In this document: piece after piece, positions 25,183 through 34,405 of the stretch
How positions within the stretch are numbered: the first letter of the stretch is position 1
Layout of the letters: the number at the start of each line of letters is the position of its first letter
Source of the DNA: Chlamydiota bacterium
GTDB lineage: Bacteria > Auribacterota > Tritonobacteria > UBA1439
NCBI GenBank assembly: GCA_012729785.1
Contig: JAAYCL010000042.1
Span: 29,743 to 93,742 of the forward strand
DNA length: 64,000 nt
Reading direction: 5' to 3'
The notes under the pieces: generated by a model
The model's input: the letters and a program-made list of their open reading frames with translations, nothing else
What the model was told of the DNA's origin: nothing
The model's database searches: none
Translations under genes and position numbers: made by a program

Positions 25183-25329
25183 AACGCGCACACGGGGGCA
25201 GGCCGGGATGGACGGAAGATCTTTATCCGCATCCATTGAAGAGACCAGGAGCTGCGCGGTGCAGCTCGTCAATGATGCACCTCCAACCCTAAAGGTCCCT
25301 GCCGTCGCCGGTCCTGCTCCCGGCGCGTT
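25183..25329 (+). ncRNA. Candidate rod-shaped structured RNA with central bubble (6S-like or novel)
   Basis: About 52 nested base pairs traced by hand over 147 nt; three G-U pairs favour the + strand. Confidence 0.45.
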
Positions 25330-25366
25330 TTCGGATTCCGCGGCTCGAGGCGGGGAGGGCGGAGCG

Positions 25367-25711
25367 ATGCAGCGGGTCCTGATCGTCGACGACGAGCCGG
25401 TCGTGAGGAGGCTCATCGGGATATACCTGCGCGGGCGCTTCATCGTGGAGGAGGCCGAGGACGGCGAGAAGGCGCTTCGCAAGGCCGCCGGCGGCGGGTA
25501 CGACTACGTGATCACCGATGTGCAGATGCCGCGGATGGACGGTCTGCACCTGCTCGGGGAGCTCAAGCGGATCTGTCCGCGCACCTCGGTCATCGTGATG
25601 TCGGCGCTCGGCGAGCTCTACGCCGAGTCGGCGATGGAGCGCGGCGCGCAGACGGTCATCTCGAAACCGTTCGTGCGGGACACGATCCAAACCGCCCTGC
25701 AGTGCGCCTGA
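25367..25711 (+). CDS. Single-domain (CheY-like) response regulator
   Basis: VLIVDDE, ITDVQMP (phospho-Asp), VMSA and SKPF motifs; no output domain. Confidence 0.9.
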   Translation: MQRVLIVDDEPVVRRLIGIYLRGRFIVEEAEDGEKALRKAAGGGYDYVITDVQMPRMDGLHLLGELKRICPRTSVIVMSALGELYAESAMERGAQTVISKPFVRDTIQTALQCA

Positions 25712-25743
25712 ACGCGGCGCGCGGCGGCGGAGGAGGAGCGGGG

Positions 25744-26166
25744 ATGAGGAAGAGGAACCGGAGGCTCAACGAGGGGTTCTCGACCGCCGCGCTCACCGGC
25801 AGATGGATGCTCGTCGCCGTCATCGCGGTCTCGTTGTCGCTCCTCTACGTCTGGCAGCATGTGCAACTGGTGCGCACCGGGTACGCCATCAAGAGGATGG
25901 AGCGGGACCTCGAGAAGTGGCAGAAGGCCAACGAGGCGCTCCACCTCGCCAACGAGCGGCTGAAGAACCCGCAGCGCGTCGAACAGGCGCTCATGCACAA
26001 CAAGCTCGGCCTGGTCTTTCCGCAGGCCAAGGATATCGTCCGGCTTCGCTACCCCCGCCATTCAAAGGCATACGGGAGGGATATATCGGGGAGCGAAGGG
26101 GGCACCGACACTCTTCTGAGCTATATGAGTGGCGGGGGCAGCGCGGCCGGACGGCACAACAGCTAG
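25744..26166 (+). CDS. ftsL: Cell division protein FtsL-like
   Basis: Basic N-terminus, one TM helix, coiled coil ending LKNPQRVEQ..LGL; position just before the PBP gene. Confidence 0.75.
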   Translation: MRKRNRRLNEGFSTAALTGRWMLVAVIAVSLSLLYVWQHVQLVRTGYAIKRMERDLEKWQKANEALHLANERLKNPQRVEQALMHNKLGLVFPQAKDIVRLRYPRHSKAYGRDISGSEGGTDTLLSYMSGGGSAAGRHNS

Positions 26167-26257
26167 TGGCGGTCGCCCCGCCTCCAGGGGCGGGGGTGCG
26201 AGGCGCACCCGTTGTGGGGCGGGGGCGCGTCGGCGGACGCGAAAAGGCGAGTGTGCG

Positions 26258-27988
26258 GTGAGCGGGAACCGGTATCGGCTGAAGTCGTACTCTGTCTACG
26301 CGGTGTTCCTCCTCTGCTTCGCCGGCCTCTACGCCCGCCTCTACGTCCTCCAGATCGTCAACCACCGGGATCTGTCCACGCGCGGCGAGCAGCTCCACCG
26401 CTTCAACGTCAAGATCCAGCCGCGCCGCGGCACCATCCTGGATCGGGAGGGCCGCCCCCTCGCCATGAGCGTCAGCGTGAAGTCCGCCTACGCCGTCCCC
26501 GAGGTCATCGAGTCGCCCGCCGAGACGGCCGCGCTCATCGGGGGCGCGCTCGAGATCCCCCCGGCCGAGATCCTCGAGAAGCTCAACAGAAAATCCAGGA
26601 AGTTCGTCTGGCTCGCCCGGAAGCTCGACGGGAGGGCGGCGGAGCGGCTCGAGGCGCTCGGGCTCGAGGGGGTCGGCTTCCGCGAGGAGGTGCGGCGGGT
26701 CTACCCCCAGGGCGCCCTGCTGAGCCACGTCCTCGGCTTCGTGGATATCGACAACCGCGGGCTCGAGGGGCTCGAGCGCCACGCCGACGCGACCCTGCGC
26801 GGGCAGGCGGGCTGGATGGCCTCCTACCGCGACCGCAAGGGGCGGGAGATCATGACCCTCCGGCGGCGCGACGTGCAGCCGATCGACGGGGCCGACCTCA
26901 CCCTCACGCTGGACGTGGTCATCCAGCACATCGTCGAGAGCGAGCTCGAGAACGGCTGCCGCACCTTCAACGCCCAGGCGGGGTGCATCATCGTGATGAA
27001 CCCGCAGACCGGGGCGGTGCTCGCGATGAGCAGCTGGCCGACCTACGATCCGAACCGCCCCGCGGAGTACCCCCCCGAGGCGCGCCGCAACCGGTGCATC
27101 ACCGACGTCTTCGAGCCGGGTTCGACCTTCAAGGTCATCACGGTGGCCACCGCCCTGGACCGGGGCGTTGTGGCGATCGACGACAAGTTCTTCTGCGAGA
27201 ACGGCGCCTTCAGGGTCGGGAGGCACACCCTCCACGATGTGCACGCCTACGGGACGCTCACGACCGCGGAGATCGTGAAAAAGTCGAGCAACATCGGGGC
27301 CGTGAAGATCGCGATGGTGCTGGGGGAGGAGCAGCTGTACGAGGGGATACGGCAGTTCGGCTTCGGGTCGCCCACGGGGATCGGCCTCCCGGGCGAGGTG
27401 GCGGGGATACTGCATCCGCTGTCGACATGGTCCGGCCTCTCCATCGCGGCGGTCCCGATGGGGCAGGAGATCGGCGTGACGCCGCTCCAGCTCGCCTCGG
27501 CGGTCGCCGCGATCGCCAACGGCGGCCTGGCGATGAAGCCGTACCTCGTCGACTCTGTCCGGGACTCGTCGGGGCGCGTCGTGAAGACGTTCGCCCCGGA
27601 GGTGCGCGGGCGGGTGGTGCGCGAGGCCGCGGCGAAGCTGCTGTCGGAGGCGATGGAGGGGGTGCCGACCCGGGAGGGGACCGCGCCGAAGGCGGCGCTG
27701 GCGGAGTACACGGTCGCGGGGAAGACCGGGACCTCGCAGAAGGTCGAGCCCACCGGGCGCTACTCGCACTCGCGCTTCATCGGGTCGTTCATCGGGTTCG
27801 CCCCTTCGCGGAACCCGGAGGTGCTCGTGCTCGTCGTGCTGGACGAGCCGAGACCGGTCTACTACGGCGGGTCGGTGGCGGGCCCGATCTTCAAGGAGGT
27901 CGCGGGGAGGGTGCTCAAGTATCTCGGGGTGCCGCCGGACAAGGAGACGGACGGGAAGATCGAGGTGGCGATGGGGAGGCCGCGCTGA
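26258..27988 (+). CDS. ftsI: Class B penicillin-binding protein (FtsI/PBP3)
   Basis: RGTILDR, EPGSTFK (SxxK), KSSNIG (SxN) and AGKTGT (KTG) motifs. Confidence 0.92.
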   Translation: MSGNRYRLKSYSVYAVFLLCFAGLYARLYVLQIVNHRDLSTRGEQLHRFNVKIQPRRGTILDREGRPLAMSVSVKSAYAVPEVIESPAETAALIGGALEIPPAEILEKLNRKSRKFVWLARKLDGRAAERLEALGLEGVGFREEVRRVYPQGALLSHVLGFVDIDNRGLEGLERHADATLRGQAGWMASYRDRKGREIMTLRRRDVQPIDGADLTLTLDVVIQHIVESELENGCRTFNAQAGCIIVMNPQTGAVLAMSSWPTYDPNRPAEYPPEARRNRCITDVFEPGSTFKVITVATALDRGVVAIDDKFFCENGAFRVGRHTLHDVHAYGTLTTAEIVKKSSNIGAVKIAMVLGEEQLYEGIRQFGFGSPTGIGLPGEVAGILHPLSTWSGLSIAAVPMGQEIGVTPLQLASAVAAIANGGLAMKPYLVDSVRDSSGRVVKTFAPEVRGRVVREAAAKLLSEAMEGVPTREGTAPKAALAEYTVAGKTGTSQKVEPTGRYSHSRFIGSFIGFAPSRNPEVLVLVVLDEPRPVYYGGSVAGPIFKEVAGRVLKYLGVPPDKETDGKIEVAMGRPR

Positions 27989-28025
27989 AAATCGATCAGA
28001 AGGCGACGGGGAGGGGGCGGAACAG

Positions 28026-29480
28026 GTGAAGCTGGGCGAGCTGCTGGCCGCCGTGCCGGAGTGCCGGGTCAGGGGGGGGCGCGACGCGGAGATCGCGGGG
28101 CTGAGCCTCGATTCCCGGACGGTGCGGGAGGGGTTCCTCTTCGCCGCCCTCCCCGGCGCCCGGAGGGACGGCTGCGACTTCGTGGAGGACGCGGTGAGGC
28201 GGGGGGCGGCGGCGGTGCTCGCGCACCGGGAGATCCCCATCCACGGGCGCGTCCCGCTCGTCATCGCCCCCGACAGCCGGGCGGCGCTGGCGAGGATCGC
28301 GGACCGGTTTCACGGAAGCCCTTCACGCGAGCTCGCGGTGACCGGCGTGACCGGCACGAACGGGAAGACGACCGTCTGCTACCTCGCCCGTTTGATCCTC
28401 GATGCGGCGGGACACAAGACCGCCCTCCTCGGGACCGTGGAGTACCTCCTCGGGAAGCGCTCCATCCCCGCAGAACGCACGACGCCGGAGTCCCCGGCGC
28501 TCCAGGCGATGCTGCGGGAGGCGAAACGGGAGGGGTGCGACGGGGTGGTCATGGAGGTCTCCTCGCACGCGCTCGCGCAGCGCCGGATCGACTGCGTGCG
28601 GTTCGCCACCGCGGTCTTCACCAACCTCGGGCGCGACCACCTCGACTACCACGGCTCCCCGGACGGCTACTTCGAGGCCAAGGCGTCGCTCTTCGCCGCC
28701 CCCGGCCTCGGCCGCGCGGTGGTGAACGTCGACGACCCGCGCGGCCGCCTCCTCGCGGAGCGGAGCGCGGCGCCGGTGATCGCCTATGGGACCGGCGAGC
28801 GGGCGGCGCTCGCGGCGCGGGCGATCGAGACCGGGCCGCGCGGCAGCGGGTTCCAAATGGAGTACGAGGGGCGGCAGATGCCGGTCCGCCTGCCGCTCAT
28901 CGGCCGGCACAACGTGCTCAATGCGCTCGCGGCGGCGGGCGTCGCCCTGGTGGCGGGGGTCGAAGCGGAGGCGGCCGCGGAGGCCCTCTCGAGGGCGGAC
29001 CGGGTGCCGGGACGGCTCGAGGAGGTGCGGGGGAAGCTCCCGTTCCGTGTCTTCATAGACTACGCGCACACCGCCGAGGCGCTCGAGTGCGCCCTCGCCG
29101 CCGCCCGCGGGGCGGGCGGGGGGAACCTCATCGTCGTCTTCGGCTGCGGCGGCGACCGCGACCAATCGAAGCGCCGGCCGATGGGACGAACGGCCGCGCG
29201 GCTGGCGGACGCCGCGATCATCACCACGGACAACCCGCGGGGCGAGGACCCGCTCGAGATCATCGCGGAGATCAGGCGCGGCTTCGAGGAAACGGGGAAA
29301 CGCCCGGTCACGATCCCGGACCGGCGGGAGGCGATCGCGGCGGCTTTGGCGGGGGCGCGGGCGGGCGACGTGGTGCTGGTGGCGGGGAAGGGGCACGAGC
29401 GCACCCAGGAGATCGGGTCCACGGTCGTGCCGTTCAGCGACCGCGACGTCATCGCGGAACTGGCGGGGCCGGGCGAGTGA
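28026..29480 (+). CDS. murE: UDP-MurNAc-tripeptide synthetase
   Basis: GVTGTNGKTT, MEVSSHAL, TNLGRDHLDYH, IDYAHT, FGCGGDRD, DNPR (meso-DAP-type motif) and AGKGHE. Confidence 0.95.
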   Translation: MKLGELLAAVPECRVRGGRDAEIAGLSLDSRTVREGFLFAALPGARRDGCDFVEDAVRRGAAAVLAHREIPIHGRVPLVIAPDSRAALARIADRFHGSPSRELAVTGVTGTNGKTTVCYLARLILDAAGHKTALLGTVEYLLGKRSIPAERTTPESPALQAMLREAKREGCDGVVMEVSSHALAQRRIDCVRFATAVFTNLGRDHLDYHGSPDGYFEAKASLFAAPGLGRAVVNVDDPRGRLLAERSAAPVIAYGTGERAALAARAIETGPRGSGFQMEYEGRQMPVRLPLIGRHNVLNALAAAGVALVAGVEAEAAAEALSRADRVPGRLEEVRGKLPFRVFIDYAHTAEALECALAAARGAGGGNLIVVFGCGGDRDQSKRRPMGRTAARLADAAIITTDNPRGEDPLEIIAEIRRGFEETGKRPVTIPDRREAIAAALAGARAGDVVLVAGKGHERTQEIGSTVVPFSDRDVIAELAGPGE

Positions 29481-29548
29481 TCACGCGGGAGGAGAGGCGG
29501 GCGGGGCGGCCGGAGTGGCGCGGCCTGATCGGGAGGAGCGAGCTCCGG

Positions 29549-30946
29549 ATGGAACCGATGCGCATCGACGAGGTGCTCGAGGCGACGGGGGGGGCGCTCG
29601 CCGCGGGCGAGGCGGAGGGGGCGGTCGGCGCGGTGTGCATCGACAGCCGCCGCGCCCGGCCCGGCGGCCTCTTCATCGCCCTCAAGGGCGTGCGGTTCGA
29701 CGGGCACGACTATATCCCGGAGGCGCTCCGGAAAGGGTGCCGCGCCGTCGTCTTCTCGTCTCCGGACGTTCCGGCCCGCACGGCCGCGCGCGGGATCGCC
29801 TTCATCAGGGTGGCGGACACCCTCGACGCCTTCGCGCGGATCGCGCAGCGGCACCGGAGCCGCTTCGAACTGCCGCTCGTGGCGGTGACCGGCTCCAACG
29901 GCAAGACGACGACGAAGGAGATGATCCGCGCGATCGCCGCCTCCCGTTTCTCGGTTTTGGCGAGCGAGGGGACGTTCAACAACTTCGTCGGCGTGCCCCT
30001 GACCCTCCTCAGGATCGAGGCGTGGCACAGCCTCGCGGTCCTCGAGCTGGGGATGAACGCGCGGGGGGAGATACGCAGACTCGCGGAGATCGCGGCGCCC
30101 GATGTCGGGGTCGTGACGAACGTCGGGCCCGCCCACCTCGAGTTCCTGGAGACGCTCGAAAACGTCGCCGCCGCCAAGGCGGAGCTGCTCGATGCGATGG
30201 CGGCCCCCGGCCGCGGCAGGACCGCGGTGCTCAACCTCGACGATCCGCGGGTTGCCGCGATGGGCGGGCGCGCCGGCCTCGCGGTGAGGACCTTCGGCCT
30301 CAGGGAGGGGGCGGACGTGCGGGGCGAGGCGGTGCGCGCCGTGGAGGGGGGGGTGTCGTTCCGGATGCGCTTCATGCGCGCGGGGCGGGCGCTGGACGCG
30401 ACGCTCCCGGTCCTCGGGCTCCACAACGTCTCCAACGCCCTGGCGGCGGCCGCCGTCTGCGAGGTGCTGGGGATGGAACCGGAGGAGATCGCGGCGGCGA
30501 TGCGCGGGGTGCGGCTGCCGCCGATGCGGATGGAGCCGCTCTCACGCGGGGGGGTGGCGTTCATCAACGACGCCTACAACGCCAATCCCGCCTCGATGCG
30601 GGCGGCGGTCGAGACGCTCGCGGCGACCCGAACGAGCGGCAGGAGGATCCTGGTGGTCGGGGAGATGCTCGAGCTGGGAGCGGCCTCGGAGGAGGCGCAC
30701 CGCGGCATCGGGACCCTCGCCGCGGAGCGGGGGATCGACGCCCTGATCGCCGTCGGGCCCCTCGGCGCCTCCGCCGCCGACGCGGCGGCGGCGGCGGGGA
30801 TGCCCGCCGCATCCGTGGCCCGCTGCGCCGGCGTCGGCGAGGCGGCGGAGGCCCTCCGGGCGATGGCGCGGGAGGGGGACGTCGTGCTGCTCAAGGCGTC
30901 GCGGCGGGTGGGTCTGGAGAAGATGCTGGAGGGGTGGCGGCGGTAA
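29549..30946 (+). CDS. murF: UDP-MurNAc-pentapeptide synthetase
   Basis: AVTGSNGKTTTKEM, FNNFVGVPLT, ELGMN, AHLE, NDAYNANPASM, EMLELG and KASR. Confidence 0.95.
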   Translation: MEPMRIDEVLEATGGALAAGEAEGAVGAVCIDSRRARPGGLFIALKGVRFDGHDYIPEALRKGCRAVVFSSPDVPARTAARGIAFIRVADTLDAFARIAQRHRSRFELPLVAVTGSNGKTTTKEMIRAIAASRFSVLASEGTFNNFVGVPLTLLRIEAWHSLAVLELGMNARGEIRRLAEIAAPDVGVVTNVGPAHLEFLETLENVAAAKAELLDAMAAPGRGRTAVLNLDDPRVAAMGGRAGLAVRTFGLREGADVRGEAVRAVEGGVSFRMRFMRAGRALDATLPVLGLHNVSNALAAAAVCEVLGMEPEEIAAAMRGVRLPPMRMEPLSRGGVAFINDAYNANPASMRAAVETLAATRTSGRRILVVGEMLELGAASEEAHRGIGTLAAERGIDALIAVGPLGASAADAAAAAGMPAASVARCAGVGEAAEALRAMAREGDVVLLKASRRVGLEKMLEGWRR

Positions 30947-30970
30947 GGCGCACGAGACGGTGAGGGACGC

Positions 30971-32068
30971 ATGCTGTACTACATCCTGTACCCGCTGCGG
31001 GAGCGGTTCTTCGGCTTCAACGTCATCCGGTACATCACCTTCCGGTCCGTGGCGGCGGCCGTGACCGCGATGGTGCTGAGCATCGTCATCGGCCCGTGGG
31101 TGATACGGAAGCTGCACGAGCTCGAGATCGGCCAGCCCGTCCGGCGCGACTGGTTCCCCCTCTTCGCGCAGCACAAGGGCAAGGAGGGGACGCCCACCAT
31201 GGGCGGGGCGCTCGTCATCCTCGCGGTGCTCGTCTCCTGCGCCCTCTGGGCCGACATCCTGAACCGGTTCGTGCTCCTCGCCCTCTTCGCCCTCATCTGG
31301 CTCGGGGGGATCGGATTCATCGACGACTATTTGAAGGTGGCCAGGCGAAGCCCGCAGGGATTGGGCGCCAAGCGCAAGCTCGCGGGACAGGTCGTCCTCG
31401 GGCTCTTCGTGGGATTCTATCTCCTCCACCACCCGGTCACGGCGCCGTACGCCGCCGAGATCAGCGTGCCGTTCCTCAAGACGCCGGTGGTCACGGATCT
31501 GGGCCTCCTCTACATCGTCTTCGCCCTGCTCATCCTCGCCGGGAGCTCCAACGCGGTGAACCTCACCGACGGCCTCGACGGGCTGGCGATCGGCTGCGTG
31601 GTCAGCGCGGCCCTCGTCTACGCGGTGATGAGCTACGTGGCCGGCCACGCGCAGTTCGCCTCCTACCTCCAGATCCGCCACATCCCGGGGAGCGGGGAGC
31701 TGGCGGTCTTCTGCGCGGCCATCGTGGGCGCGGGGCTCGGCTTCCTCTGGTACAACGCCCACCCCGCCGATATCTTCATGGGCGATACGGGGTCGCTCGC
31801 CCTCGGCGGCGCCGTCGGGATCGTCGCCATCCTGATCAAGCGGGAACTCGCCCTGCTGCTGGTGGGCGGGGTCTTCGTGATGGAGGCCGTCTCGGTTATG
31901 CTCCAGGTCGCCTCGTTCAAGCTCACTGGGAAAAGGATCTTCCGGATGGCGCCGATCCACCACCATTTCGAGATGAAGGGGTGGTCCGAGACGAAGGTCG
32001 TGGTCCGGTTCTGGATCCTGGCGCTCGTTTTCGGGCTGATCGGGCTCGGGGCGTTGAAGCTGCAGTAG
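30971..32068 (+). CDS. mraY: Phospho-MurNAc-pentapeptide transferase
   Basis: KEGTPTMGG, GFIDDY, SNAVNLTDGLDGL, FMGDTGS, MAPIHHHFE. Confidence 0.97.
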   Translation: MLYYILYPLRERFFGFNVIRYITFRSVAAAVTAMVLSIVIGPWVIRKLHELEIGQPVRRDWFPLFAQHKGKEGTPTMGGALVILAVLVSCALWADILNRFVLLALFALIWLGGIGFIDDYLKVARRSPQGLGAKRKLAGQVVLGLFVGFYLLHHPVTAPYAAEISVPFLKTPVVTDLGLLYIVFALLILAGSSNAVNLTDGLDGLAIGCVVSAALVYAVMSYVAGHAQFASYLQIRHIPGSGELAVFCAAIVGAGLGFLWYNAHPADIFMGDTGSLALGGAVGIVAILIKRELALLLVGGVFVMEAVSVMLQVASFKLTGKRIFRMAPIHHHFEMKGWSETKVVVRFWILALVFGLIGLGALKLQ

Positions 32069-32110
32069 GACGCGCGCGGCGCGCGGCGGGACCGGAGAGG
32101 GCGGACGGGG

Positions 32111-33466
32111 ATGGAGCTGCGAGGGCGGGAGGTGCTGGTGCTGGGGATCGGGGAGAGCGGGACCGCCGCCGCGCGCCTCCTCGTGCGCGAGGGGGCGCAG
32201 GTGCGGTGCAGCGACGGCGGCGCGGGGCCCGAGGTGCGTCGCCGGGCCGCGGCGCTCGAGAAGATCGGGTGCCGGGTCGAGTTCGGGGGGCACACCGCGG
32301 ACTTTTCCCGCGGCGTCTCCCTCGCGGTGCTGAGCCCGGGGATCGACCCCTCGGTGCCCGCGGTGCGGCGGCTGCGGGACGCCGGGACCGAGCTGATCTC
32401 GGAGATCGAGCTCGCGTTCGCCCTCTGCCGGAGGCCGGTGACCGCGGTGACGGGGACCAACGGCAAGACCACCGTCGTGACCCTGATCGAGCGCATCCTG
32501 CGGGAGGACGGGCGGCGCGCAGACGCCTGCGGCAACATCGGCCGGGCATTCTCCGACTGCGTGCGAAACGACGGGGAGGAGGGGATCTTCGTGGTCGAGG
32601 CGAGCTCGTTCCAGCTCGAGGCGTCGCGCCGCTTCAGGCCGCGGGTCGCCGTCGCCTTGAACCTCTCCGACGACCACCTCGACCGTTACCGCACCATCGA
32701 GGAGTACGGCGCGGCGAAGGCGGCGATCTTCCGCAACCAGGGGGAGGGGGATTCGGCGCTCGTGAAGGCGGAGGAGCGCCCGGCGTGGGAGCGCCGGGGG
32801 CTGCGGAGGGGGCAGCGGATCCTGGAGTTCTCCGCGGCGCGGCGCGTCGCGGAGGGGGCGTGCCTCGACGGCGATGCGCTCACCCTGGTATCCGGGGGGA
32901 AGCGCGAGACGGTCTGCCGCAGGGACGAGCTGCCCCTCGCCGGGGGGCACGACCTCGAGAATGCGCTCGCCGCGGCCGCGGCCGCGGCGGCCTCCGGGGC
33001 CCGCCCGGCGTCGATCCGGCGGGTGTTGGGGGAATTCAAGGGCCTCCCGCACCGGATGGAGCCGGTCGGATCGCGAAACGGCGTCCTCTTCGTGAACGAT
33101 TCGAAGGCGACCAACCCCGACGCGGTGCGCCGCGCGCTGGAGTCGGCGAAGAAACCGGTGGTGCTCATCGCCGGGGGGAGGGACAAGGGGTTCGACTACG
33201 CGCAGCTCCGCGCCGCGGTCAGGCACGCGGCCAAGGGGGTCGTGCTCTTCGGCGAGGCGCGCGACACGATGGCGCGCGCGTTGTCGGGCGCGGCGCCGAT
33301 CCGTCTCGCGGGAACGCTCGAGGAGGCGGTGCGGGCGGCGGCGGATCAGGCGGAACCGGGGGAGACGGTGCTGCTCTCGCCGGCGTGCGCGAGCTACGAT
33401 ATGTTCAAGAACTACGAGGAGCGGGGGGATGCGTTCAAGCGGATCGTCGGGCAACTGCGCCCCTGA
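32111..33466 (+). CDS. murD: UDP-MurNAc-L-Ala:D-Glu ligase
   Basis: SPGI, TGTNGKTT, EASSFQL, DHLDRY, NDSKATN, GGRDKG, SPACASYDMF. Confidence 0.95.
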   Translation: MELRGREVLVLGIGESGTAAARLLVREGAQVRCSDGGAGPEVRRRAAALEKIGCRVEFGGHTADFSRGVSLAVLSPGIDPSVPAVRRLRDAGTELISEIELAFALCRRPVTAVTGTNGKTTVVTLIERILREDGRRADACGNIGRAFSDCVRNDGEEGIFVVEASSFQLEASRRFRPRVAVALNLSDDHLDRYRTIEEYGAAKAAIFRNQGEGDSALVKAEERPAWERRGLRRGQRILEFSAARRVAEGACLDGDALTLVSGGKRETVCRRDELPLAGGHDLENALAAAAAAAASGARPASIRRVLGEFKGLPHRMEPVGSRNGVLFVNDSKATNPDAVRRALESAKKPVVLIAGGRDKGFDYAQLRAAVRHAAKGVVLFGEARDTMARALSGAAPIRLAGTLEEAVRAAADQAEPGETVLLSPACASYDMFKNYEERGDAFKRIVGQLRP

Positions 33467-33505
33467 ACCCCGCCTGCTGAAACGACGGAGGGAAAGGAGG
33501 ACCGG

Positions 33506-34354
33506 ATGAGCAGGAGAACCCTGGTGGCGGTGGTGGCCGCGGCGCACCTGTGCGTGCTCGTCGTGCTGGCGCTGAGCGGCGGCTGCGCCTTCGACAGGAA
33601 GGAGCCGAAGCTGATGGCGGCGGGGCCCGTGCAGGAGATCCGCGCGCCGGAGGGTGAGCCGGAGTCCATCCTCGAACCGAAGGGGATGGCGGAGGAGTTG
33701 GACCTGCTGGTGTCGCGCGAACCGGAGCTGATCCCGGCCGTGCGGGAAGAGGCCGTGGAGCCGGAAGCGGCCGCGGCGGCGACCGCCGCCCCCCCGACCC
33801 CGCTGCCGTTCGTCGAGGCGCCGCCCGCGGCGGAGAAGGCGGAAGCGCCCGGTAAAGAAACGATCGCCGAGGCGCCCGCCGGGACGACGCACAAGGTCGC
33901 GCCCGGCGAGAGCCTCTGGAAGATCGCGCGCAGGTACGGGCTCACCGTCGCCGAGCTCGCCTCGCACAACAACCTCCCCCCCGACGCGCGGCTGAAGGCC
34001 GGCCGGCTGCTCTCCGTGCCGGCGCCGTCGGCGGGCGCGGCGGCGCCCGCGGCCGCCGCGGCGCCCGCGGCCGCCGCGGTGACCGAGACCGCCCGGCCGG
34101 CCGTCGTCGCGGAGCCCGCGAGGGGGCCGGTCATCCGGCGGCCCGCCCCACGCCCCGCGGCGCGGGCCGTCGCCCCGGCGGCGCCGCGCCCCGGCGCGGC
34201 GGCGGTCACGCGGCATCTGGTGAAGAAGGGGGAGACCCTCTCGTCGATCGCCAGGATGCACGGCGTGCCGTTGCAGCGGATCGTCGCCGCCAATGAGATC
34301 AAGGACGCGGGGAGGATACGCGCGGGGCAGGTTTTGACGATACCGCTCCGGTAG
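33506..34354 (+). CDS. Lipoprotein with two LysM domains
   Basis: Lipobox LSGGC; HKVAPGESLWKIARRYG and HLVKKGETLSSIARMHG; Ala/Pro linker. Confidence 0.9.
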   Translation: MSRRTLVAVVAAAHLCVLVVLALSGGCAFDRKEPKLMAAGPVQEIRAPEGEPESILEPKGMAEELDLLVSREPELIPAVREEAVEPEAAAAATAAPPTPLPFVEAPPAAEKAEAPGKETIAEAPAGTTHKVAPGESLWKIARRYGLTVAELASHNNLPPDARLKAGRLLSVPAPSAGAAAPAAAAAPAAAAVTETARPAVVAEPARGPVIRRPAPRPAARAVAPAAPRPGAAAVTRHLVKKGETLSSIARMHGVPLQRIVAANEIKDAGRIRAGQVLTIPLR

Positions 34355-34405
34355 CGTGGCGGCGCGGGCGAAACGGACAACGGCAGGCGGAAGAGGGAAC
34401 AACCG

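Noticed and set aside
28061-30946. Apparent 961-aa MurF with a long N-terminal extension, or a MurE-MurF fusion
   Set aside because: The extension is an off-frame read of murE, which has its own stop at 29480.
34030-34200. Tandem GCGCCCGCGGCCGCCGCG-like repeats
   Set aside because: They encode the Ala/Pro low-complexity linker of the LysM protein.
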